Assembly: GCA_964016885.1 (NCBI GenBank)
Contig: OZ024743.1
Coordinates: 186,434,001 to 186,498,000, forward strand
Length of the DNA stretch: 64,000 nucleotides
Direction: 5' to 3'
From: Eledone cirrhosa
Lineage: Eukaryota
A program made the position numbers and the translations under genes. Within the stretch, counting starts at the first letter, position 1. Each line of letters opens with the position of its first letter. The notes under the pieces were generated by a model that saw only the letters and a program-made list of their open reading frames with translations, was not told the DNA's origin and made no database searches. Positions 1 to 11,500 of this stretch are shown here, piece after piece.

Positions 1-159
1 GATGGTAGTGTTTCACTCCTAAGTCAGCTCTAACTACTATATCTATAACATAGTATAACAGTAATAATTGATGGTAGTGTTTCATTCCTAAGTCAGCTCT
101 AACTACTATATCTATAATATAGTATAACAGTAATAATTGATGGTAGTGTTTCACTCCTA

Positions 160-1930
160 GGTCAGCTCTGACTACTATATCTATAACATAGTATAACAGT
201 AATAAATGATGATAGTGTTTCACTCCTAGGTCAGCTCTAACTATTATATCTATAACATAGTATAACAGTAATAATTGATGGTAGTGTTTCACTCGTACGT
301 CAGCTCTAACTATTATATTTATAACATAGTATAACAGTAATAATTGATGGTAGTGTTTCACTCATACATCAGCTCTAACTATTATATCTATAACATAGTA
401 TAACAGTAATAATCGATGGTAGTGTTTCACTCGTAAGTCAGCTCTGATTACTATATCTATAACATAGTATAACAGTAATAATTGATGGTAGTGTTTCACT
501 CCTAAGTCAGCTCTAACTACTATATCTATAACATAGTATAACAGTAATAATCGATGGTAGTGTTTCACTCCTAGATTAGCTCTGACTACTATATCTATAA
601 CATAGTATAACAGTAATAATTGATGGTAGTGTTTCACTCCTAAGTCAGCTCTAACTACTATATCTACAACATAGTATAACAGTAATAATTGATGGTAGTG
701 TTTCATTGCTAAGTCAGCTCTAACTACTATATCTATAACATAGTATAACAGTAATAATTGATGGTAGTGTTTCACCCCTAAATAAGCTCTGACTACTATA
801 TATATAACATAGTATAACAGTAATAATTGAGGGTAGTGTTTCACTCCTAGGTCAGCTCTAACTACTATATCTATAACATAGTATAACAGTAATAATTGAT
901 GGTAGTGTTTCACTCCTAGGTCATCTCTGACTACTATATCTATAACATAGTATAACAGTAACAATTGATGGTAGTGTTTCACTCCTAGGTCATCCGTGAC
1001 TACTATATCTATAACATAGTATAACAGTAATAATTGATGGTAGTGTTACACTCCTAGGTCAGCTCTAACTACTATATCTATAACATAGTACAACAGTAAT
1101 AATTGATGGTAGTGTTTCACTCGTAGGTCAGCTCTAACTACTATATCTATAACATAGTATAACAGTAATAATTGATGGTAGTGTTTCACTCCTAAATCAG
1201 CCTTAACTACTATATCTATAACATAGTATAATAGTAATAATTGATGGTAGTGTTTCACTCCTAAGTCAGCTCTAACTACTATATCTATAACATAGTATAA
1301 CGGTAATAATTGATGGTAGTGTTTCACTCCTAGGTCAGCTCTGACTACTATATCTATAACATAGTATAACAGTAATAATTGATGGTAGTGTTTCATTCCT
1401 AAGTCAGCTCTAACTACTATATCTATAACATAGTATAACAGTAATAATTGATGGAAGTGTTTCACTCCTAGGTCAGCTCTGACTACTATATCTATAACAT
1501 AGTATAACAGTAATAAATGATGATAGTGTTTCACTCCTAGGTCAGCTCTAACTCTTATATCTATAACATAGTATAACAGTAATAATTGATGGTAGTGTTT
1601 CACTCGTACGTCAGCTCTAACTATTATATCTATAACATAGTATAACAGTAATAATTGATGGTAGTGTTTCACTCATACATCAGCTCTAACTATTATATCT
1701 ATAACATAGTATAACAGTAATAATCGATGGTAGTGTTTCACTCGTAAGTCAGCTCTGATTACTATATCTATAACATAGTATAACAGTAATAATCGATGGT
1801 AGTGTTTCACTCCTAGATCAGCTCTGACTACTATATCTATAACATAGTATAACAGTAATAATTGATGGTAGTGTTTCACTCCTAAGTCAGCTCTAACTAC
1901 TATATCTACAACATAGTATAACAGTAATAA
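160..1930. repeat. Higher-order duplication of about 7 monomers at 1311-bp (19-monomer) offset
   Basis: The ordered variant string AAATGATGATAG, CTCGTACGTC, CTCATACATC, CTCGTAAG..GATTAC occurs at about 204-450 and about 1515-1760. CTCATACATC is at 361 and 1672, an offset of 1311 = 19x69. Confidence 0.8.
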
Positions 1931-2609
1931 TTGATGGAAGTATTTCACTCCTAGGTCTGCTCTAACTACTATATCTATAACATAGTATAACAGTAATAAT
2001 TGATGGTAGTGTTTAACCCCTAAATAAGCTCTGACTACTATACCTATAACATAGTATAACAGTAATAATTGATGGTAGTGTTGCACTTCTTGGTCAACTC
2101 TAACTACTATATCTATAACATAGTATAACAGTAATAATTGATGGTAGTGTTTCACTCCTAAGTCAGCTCTAACTACTATATCTATAACATAGTATAACGG
2201 TAATAATTGATGGTAGTGTTTAACTCCTAAGTCAGCTCTAACTACTATATCTATAACATAGTATAACAGTAATAATTGATGGTAGTCTTTCACTCCTAGA
2301 TCAGCTCTGACTACTATATCTAAAACATAGTATAACAGTAATAATTGATGGTAGTGTTTCACTCCTAAGTCAGCTCTAACTACTATATCTATAACATAGT
2401 ATAACAGTAATAATCGATGGTAGTGTTTCACTTCTAGGTCAGCTCTAACTACTATATCTATAACATAGTATAACAGTAATAATTGATGGTAGTGTTACAC
2501 ACCTAGCTCAGCTCTAACTACTATATCTATAACATAGTATAACAGTAATAATTGACGGTAGTTTTTCACTCCTAGGTCAGTTCTAACTTCTATATCTATA
2601 ACATAGTAT

Positions 2610-4630
2610 AACGGTAATAATTGATGGTAGTGTTTCACTCCTAAGTCAGCTCTAACTACTATATCTATAACATAGTATAACAGTAATAATTGATGGTAGT
2701 GTTTCACTCCTAAGTCAGCTCTAACTACTATATCTATAACATAGTATAACAGTAATAATTGATGGAAGTGTTTCACTCCTAGGTCAGCTCTAACTACTAT
2801 ATCTATAACATAGTATAACAGTAATAATTGATGGTAGTGTTTCACTCCTAATTCAGCTCTAACTATTATATCTATAACATAGTATAACAGTAATAATTGA
2901 TGGTAGTGTTTCACTCCTAAGTCAGCTCTAACTATTATATCTATAACATAGTATAACAGTAATAATTGATGGTAGTGTTTCACTCCTAAGTCAGCTCTAA
3001 CTACTATATCTATAACATAGTATAACAGTAATAATTGATGGTAGTGTTTCACTCCTAAGTCAGCTCTAACTATTATATCTATAACATAGTATAACAGTAG
3101 TAATTGATGGAAGTGTTTCACTCCTAAGTCAGCTCTAACTATTATATCTATAACATAGTATAATAGTAATAAATGATGGTAGTATTTCACTCCTAAGTCA
3201 GCTCTAACTACTATATCTATAACATAGTATAACAGTAATAATTGATGGTAGTGTTTCACTCCTAGGTCTGCTCTAACTACTATATCTATAACATAGTATA
3301 ACAGTAATAATTGATGGTAGTGTTTAACCCCTAAATAAGCTCTGACTACTATACCTATAACATAGTATAACAGTAATAATTGATGGTAGTGTTGCACTTC
3401 TTGGTCAGCTCTAACTACTATATCTATAACATAGTATAACAGTAATAATTGATGGTAGTGTTTCACTCCTAAGTCAGCTCTAACTACTATATCTATAACA
3501 TAGTATAACGGTAATAATTGATGGTAGTGTTTAACTCCTAAGTCAGCTCTAACTACTATATCTATAACATAGTATAACAGTAATAATTGATAGTAGTGTT
3601 TCACTCCTAAGTCAGCTCTAACTACTATATCTATAACATAGTATAACAGTAATAATTGACGGTAGTTTTTCACTCCTAGGTCAGTTCTAACTTCTATATC
3701 TATAACATAGTATAACAGTAATAATTGATGGTAGTGTTTCACTCCTAAGTCAGCTCTAACTACTATATCTATAACATAGTATAACAGTAATAATTGATAG
3801 TAGTGTTTCACTCCTAAGTCAGCTCTAACTACTATATCTATAACATAGTATAACAGTAATAATTGACGGTAGTTTTTCACTCCTAGGTCAGTTCTAACTT
3901 CTATATCTATAACATAGTATAACAGTAATAATTGACGGTAGTTATTCACTCCTAGGTCAGTTCTAACTTCTATATCTATAACATAGTATAACAGTAATAA
4001 TTGATGGTAGTGTTTCCCTCCTAGATCAGCTCTGACTACTACATCTATAACATAGTATAACGGTAATAATTGATGGTAGTGTTTCACTCCTAAGTCAGCT
4101 CTAACTACTATATCTATAACATAGTATAACAGTAATAATTGATGGTAGTGTTTCACTCCTAAGTCAGCTCTAACTACTATATCTATAACATAGTATAACA
4201 GTAATAATTGATGGAAGTGTTTCACTCCTAGGTCAGCTCTAACTACTATATCTATAACATAGTATAACAGTAATAATTGATGGTAGTGTTTCACTCCTAA
4301 TTCAGCTCTAACTATTATATCTATAACATAGTATAACAGTAATAATTGATGGTAGTGTTTCACTCCTAAGTCAGCTCTAACTATTATATCTATAACATAG
4401 TATAACAGTAATAATTGATGGTAGTGTTTCACTCCTAAGTCAGCTCTAACTACTATATCTATAACATAGTATAACAGTAATAATTGATGGTAGTGTTTCA
4501 CTCCTAAGTCAGCTCTAACTATTATATCTATAACATAGTATAACAGTAGTAATTGATGGAAGTGTTTCACTCCTAAGTCAGCTCTAACTATTATATCTAT
4601 AACATAGTATAATAGTAATAAATGATGGTA
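2610..4630. repeat. Higher-order duplication of about 8 monomers at 1449-bp (21-monomer) offset
   Basis: ACGGTAAT at 2611 and 4060 is followed by the same order of variants (GGAAG, CCTAATTC, ACTATTAT, AGTAGTAAT+GGAAG, AATAGTAATAAATG). Offset 1449 = 21x69. Confidence 0.8.
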
Positions 4631-4830
4631 GTGTTTCACTCCTAAGTCAGCTCTAACTATCATATCTATAACATAGTATAACAGTAATAATTGATGGTAG
4701 TGTTTCACTCCTAAGTCAGCTCTAACTATTATATCTATAACATAGTATAACAGTAATAATTGAGGGTAGTGTTTCACTCATAAATCAGCTCTGACTACTA
4801 TATCTATAACATAGTATAACAGTAATAATT

Positions 4831-5382
4831 GATGGAAGTGTTTCACTCCTAAGTCAGCTCTAACTACTATATCTATAACATAGTATAACAGTAATAATTG
4901 ATGGTAGTGTTTCACTTCTAAGTCAGCTCTAACTACTATATCTATAACACAGTGTAACAGTAATAATTGATGGTAGTGTTTCACTCCTAGGTCAGCTCTA
5001 ACTACTATATATATAACATAGTATAACAGTAATAATTGATGGTAGTGTTTCACTCCTAGGTCAGCTCTAACTACTATATCTATAACATAGTATAACAGTA
5101 ATAATTGATGGAAGTGTTTCACTCCTAAGTCAGCTCTAACTACTATATCTATAACATAGTATAACAGTAATAATTGATGGTAGTGTTTCACTTCTAAGTC
5201 AGCTCTAACTACTATATCTATAACACAGTGTAACAGTAATAATTGATGGTAGTGTTTCACTCCTAGGTCAGCTCTAACTACTATATATATAACATAGTAT
5301 AACAGTAATAATTGATGGTAGTGTTTCACTCCTAGGTCAGCTCTAACTACTATATCTATAACATAGTATAAAAGTAATAATT
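4831..5382. repeat. Direct tandem duplication of a 4-monomer (276-bp) unit
   Basis: The GATGGAAG, CACTTCT+ACACAGTGT, TATATATA variant series starts at 4831 and again at 5107. Offset 276 = 4x69. Confidence 0.85.
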
Positions 5383-8300
5383 GATGGTAGTGTTTCACTC
5401 CTAAGTCAACTCTAACTACTATATCTATAACATAGTACAACAGTAATAATTGATGGTAGTGTTTCACTCCTAAGTCATCTCTGACTACTATATATATAAC
5501 ATAGTATAACAGTAACAATTGATGGTAGTGTTTCACTCCTAGGTCATCTGTGACTACTATATCTATAACATAGTATAACAGTAATAATTGATGGTAGTGT
5601 TACACTCCTAGGTCAGCTCTAACTACTATATCTATAACATAGTACAACAGTAATAATTGATGGTAGTGTTTCACTCGTAGGTCAGCTCTAACTACTATAT
5701 CTATAACATAGTATAACAGTAATAATTGATGGTAGTGTTTCACTCCTAAATCAGCCTTAACTACTATATCTATAACATAGTATAATAGTAATAATTGATG
5801 GTAGTGTTTCACTCCTAAGTCAGCTCTAACTATTATATCTATAACATAGTATAACAGTAATAATTGATGGTAGTGTTTCACTCCTAAGTCAGCTCTAACT
5901 ATTATATCTATAACATAGTATAACAGTAATAATTGATGGTAGTGTTTCACTCCTAAGTCAGCTCTAACTACTATATCTATAACATAGTATAACAGTAATA
6001 ATTGATGGTAGTGTTTCACTCCTAAGTCAGCTCTAACTATTATATCTATAACATAGTATAACAGTAGTAATTGATGGAAGTGTTTCACTCCTAAGTCAGC
6101 TCTAACTATTATATCTATAACATAGTATAATAGTAATAAATGATGGTAGTGTTTCACTCCTAAGTCAGCTCTAACTATCATATCTATAACATAGTATAAC
6201 AGTAATAATTGATGGTAGTGTTTCACTCCTAAGTCAGCTCTAACTATTATATCTATAACATAGTATAACAGTAATAATTGAGGGTAGTGTTTCACTCCTA
6301 AGTCAGCTCTAACTACTATATCTATAACATAGTGTAACAGTAATAATTGATGGTAGTGTTTCACTCCTAAGTCAGCTCTAACTACTATATCTATAACATA
6401 GTATAACAGTAGTAATTGATGGTAGTGTTTCACTCATAAATCAGCTCTGACTACTATATCTATAACATAGTATAACAGTAATAATTGATGGAAGTGTTTC
6501 ACTCCTAATTCAGCTCTAACTACTATATCTATAACATAGTGTAACAGTAATAATTGATGGTAGTGTTTCACTCCTAAGTCAGCTCTAACTACTATATCTA
6601 TAACATAGTATAACAGTAATAATTGATGGTAGTGTTTCACTCCTAGGTCAGCTCTAACTACTATATCTATAACATAGTATAAAAGTAATAATTGATGGTA
6701 GTGTTTCACTCCTAAGTCAACTCTAACTACTATATCTATAACATAGTACAACAGTAATAATTGATGGTAGTGTTTCACTCCTAAGTCAGCTCTAACTACT
6801 ATATCTACAACATAGTATAACAGTAATAATTGATGGAAGTATTTCACTCCTAAGTCAGCTCTAACTACTATATCTATAACATAGTATAACAGTAATAATT
6901 GATGGTAGTGTTTCACTCCTAGGTCTGCTCTAACTACTATATCTATAACATAGTATAACAGTAATAATTGATGGTCGTGTTTCACCCCTAAATAAGCTCT
7001 GACTACTATACCTATAACATAGTATAACAGTAATAATTGATGGTAGTGTTGCACTTCTTGGTCAGCTCTAACTACTATATCTATAACATAGTATAACAGT
7101 AATAATTGATGGTAGTGTTTCACTCCTAAGTCAGCTCTAACTACTATATCTATAACATAGTATAACGGTAATAATTGATGGTAGTGTTTCACTCCTAAGT
7201 CAGCTCTAACTACTATATCTATAACATAGTATAACAGTAATAATTGATGGTAGTCTTTCACTCCTAGATCAGCTCTGACTACTATATCTATAACATAGTA
7301 TAACAGTAATAATTGATGGTAGTGTTTCACTCCTAAGTCAGCTCTAACTACTATATCTATAACATAGTATAACAGTAATAATCGATGGTAGTGTTTCACT
7401 TCTAGGTCAGCTCTAACTACTATATCTATAACATAGTATAACAGTAATAATTGACGGTAGTTTTTCACTCCTAGGTCAGTTCTAACTTCTATATCTATAA
7501 CATAGTATAACAGTAATAATTGATGGTAGTGTTTCACTCCTAAGTCAGCTCTAACTACTATATCTATAACATAGTATAACAGTAATAATTGATAGTAGTG
7601 TTTCACTCCTAAGTCAGCTCTAACTACTATATCTATAACATAGTATAACAGTAATAATTGATGGAAGAGTTTCACTCCTAGGTCAGCTCTAACTATTATA
7701 TCTATAACATAGTATAACAGTAGTAATTGATGGTAGTGTTTCACTCCTAAGTCAGCTCTAACTATTATATCTATAACATAGTATAATAGTAATAAATGAT
7801 GGTAGTGTTTCACTCCTAAGTCAGCTCTAACTATTATATCTATAACATAGTATAACAGTAATAATTGATGGTAGTGTTTCACTCCTAAGTCAGCTCTAAC
7901 TATTATATCTATAACATAGTATAACAGTAATAATTGAGGGTAGTGTTTCACTCCTAAGTCAGCTCTAACTACTATATCTATAACATAGTGTAACAGTAAT
8001 AATTGATGGTAGTGTTTCACTCCTAAGTCAGCTCTAACTACTATATCTATAACATAGTATAACAGTAGTAATTGATGGTAGTGTTTCACTCATAAGTCAG
8101 CTCTGACTACTATATCTATAACATAGTATAACAGTAATAATTGATGGAAGTGTTTCACTCCTAAGTCAGCTCTAACTACTATATCTATAACATAGTATAA
8201 CAGTAATAATTGATGGTAGTGTTTCACTCCTAAGTCAGCTCTAACTACTATATCTATAACACAGTGTAACAGTAATAATTGATGGTAGTGTTTCACTCCT

Positions 8301-8519
8301 AGGTCAGCTCTAACTACTATATATATAACATAGTATAACAGTAATAATTGATGGTAGTGTTTCACTCCTAGGTCAGCTCTAACTACTATATCTATAACAT
8401 AGTATAAAAGTAATAATTGATGGTAGTGTTTCACTCCTAAGTCAACTCTAACTACTATATCTATAACATAGTACAACAGTAATAATTGATGGTAGTGTTT
8501 CACTCCTAGGTCAGCTCTG

Positions 8520-11500
8520 ACTACTATATCTATAACATAGTATAACAATAATAATTGATGGTAGAGTTTCACTCCTAAGTCAGCTCTAACTACTATATCT
8601 ATAACATAGTATAACAGTAATAATTGATGGTAGTGTTTAACTCCTAACTAAGCTCTGACTACTATATCTATAACATAGTATAACAGTAATAACTGATGGT
8701 AGTGTTTCACCCCTAAATCAGCGCTAACTACTATATCTATAACATAGTATAACACTAATAATTGATGGTAGTGTTTCACTCCTAGGTCAGTGCTGACTAC
8801 TATATCGATAACATAGTATAGCAGTAATAGTTGATGGTAGTGTTACACTCCTAAGTCAGTTCTAACTACTATATCTATAACCTAGTATAACAGTAATAAT
8901 TGATGGTAGTGTGTCACTCCTAGGTCAGCTCTAACTACTATATCTATAACATAGCATAACAGTAATAACTGATGGTAGTGTTTCACTCCTAGGTCAGCGC
9001 TGACTACTATATCTATAACATAGTATAACAGTAATAATTGATGGAAGTGTTTCACTCCTAAGTCAGCTCTAACTACTATATCTATAACATAGTATAACAG
9101 TAATAATTGATGGTAGTGTTTCACTTCTAAGTCAGCTCTAACTACTATATCTATAACACAGTGTAACAGTAATAATTGATGGTAGTGTTTCACTCCTAGG
9201 TCAGCTCTAACTACTATATATATAACATAGTATAACAGTAATAATTGATGGTAGTGTTTCACTCCTAGGTCAGCTCTAACTACTATATCTATAACATAGT
9301 ATAAAAGTAATAATTGATGGTAGTGTTTCACTCCTAAGTCAGCTCTAACTACTATATCTATAACATAGTACAACAGTAATAATTGATGGTAGTGTTTCAC
9401 TCCTAAGTCAGCTCTAACTACTATATCTACAACATAGTATAACAGTAATAATTGATGGAAGTATTTCACTCCTAAGTCAGCTCTAACTACTATATCTATA
9501 ACATAGTATAACAGTAATAATTGATGGTAGTGTTTCACTCCTAGGTCTGCTCTAACTACTATATCTATAACATAGTATAACAGTAATAATTGATGGTCGT
9601 GTTTCACCCCTAAATAAGCTCTGACTACTATACCTATAACATAGTATAACAGTAATAATTGATGGTAGTGTTGCACTTCTTGGTCAGCTCTAACTACTAT
9701 ATCTATAACATAGTATAACAGTAATAATTGATGGTAGTGTTTCACTCCTAAGTCAGCTCTAACTACTATATCTATAACATAGTATAACGGTAATAATTGA
9801 TGGTAGTGTTTCACTCCTAAGTCAGCTCTAACTACTATATCTATAACATAGTATAACAGTAATAATTGATGGTAGTCTTTCACTCCTAGATCAGCTCTGA
9901 CTACTATATCTATAACATAGTATAACAGTAATAATTGATGGTAGTGTTTCACTCCTAAGTCAGCTCTAACTACTATATCTATAACATAGTATAACAGTAA
10001 TAATCGATGGTAGTGTTTCACTTCTAGGTCAGCTCTAACTACTATATCTATAACATAGTATAACAGTAATAATTGACGGTAGTTTTTCACTCCTAGGTCA
10101 GTTCTAACTTCTATATCTATAACATAGTATAACAGTAATAATTGATGGTAGTGTTTCACTCCTAAGTCAGCTCTAACTACTATATCTATAACATAGTATA
10201 ACAGTAATAATTGATAGTAGTGTTTCACTCCTAAGTCAGCTCTAACTACTATATCTATAACATAGTATAACAGTAATAATTGATGGTAGTGTTTCACTCC
10301 TAAGTCAGCTCTAACTACTATATCTATAACATAGTATAACAGTAATAATTGATGGAAGTGTTTCACTCCTAGGTCAGCTCTAACTATTATATCTATAACA
10401 TAGTATAACAGTAGTAATTGATGGTAGTGTTTCACTCCTAAGTCAGCTCTAACTATTATATCTATAACATAGTATAATAGTAATAAATGATGGTAGTGTT
10501 TCACTCCTAAGTCAGCTCTAACTATTATATCTATAACATAGTATAACAGTAATAATTGATGGTAGTGTTTCACTCCTAAGTCAGCTCTAACTATTATATC
10601 TATAACATAGTATAACAGTAATAATTGAGGGTAGTGTTTCACTCCTAAGTCAGCTCTAACTACTATATCTATAACATAGTGTAACAGTAATAATTGATGG
10701 TAGTGTTTCACTCCTAAGTCAGCTCTAACTACTATATCTATAACATAGTATAACAGTAGTAATTGATGGTAGTGTTTCACTCATAAGTCAGCTCTGACTA
10801 CTATATCTATAACATAGTATAACAGTAATAATTGATGGAAGTGTTTCACTCCTAAGTCAGCTCTAACTACTATATCTATAACATAGTATAACAGTAATAA
10901 TTGATGGTAGTGTTTCATCCTAAGTCAGCTCTAACTACTATATCTATAACACAGTGTAACACTAATAATTGATGGTAGTGTTTCACTCCTAGGTCAGCTC
11001 TAACTACTATATATATAACATAGTATAACAGTAATAATTGATGGTAGTGTTTCACTCCTAGGTCAGCTCTAACTACTATATCTATAACATAGTATAAAAG
11101 TAATAATTGATGGTAGTGTTTCACTCCTAAGTCAACTCTAACTACTATATCTATAACATAGTACAACAGTAATAATTGATGGTAGTGTTTCACTCCTAGG
11201 TCAGCTCTGACTACTATATCTATAACATAGTATAACAATAATAATTGATGGTAGAGTTTCACTCCTAAGTCAGCTCTAACTACTATATCTATAACATAGT
11301 ATAACAGTAATAATTGATGGTAGTGTTTAACTCCTAACTAAGCTCTGACTACTATATCTATAACATAGTATAACAGTAATAACTGATGGTAGTGTTTCAC
11401 CCCTAAATCAGCGCTAACTACTATATCTATAACATAGTATAACACTAATAATTGATGGTAGTGTTTCACTCCTAGGTCAGTGCTGACTACTATATCGATA

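Noticed and set aside
10-30. CRISPR array (GTTTCACTCC resembles the GTTTCAAT start of some CRISPR repeats, and a 69-bp period is CRISPR-like)
   Set aside because: There are no unique spacers. All 69 positions are conserved between units, and no leader or cas gene is present.
44-60. TATAA motifs as TATA boxes or -10 promoter elements
   Set aside because: They occur twice in every AT-rich monomer with no downstream gene, so function cannot be supported from sequence.
1-69. Fungal RIP signature (consensus TpA/ApT = 13/8; (CpA+TpG)/(ApC+GpT) = 7/11)
   Set aside because: The indices come from only 69 bp. The remaining CpA and TpG sites are largely intact across hundreds of copies, which is not expected under active RIP.
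2495-4777. Multi-pass membrane protein suggested by the hydrophobic LLLLYYVIDIVV stretch
   Set aside because: The hydrophobic run is only about 12 aa with an internal Asp, and it is the expected translation of T/A-rich codons. There is no independent coding evidence.
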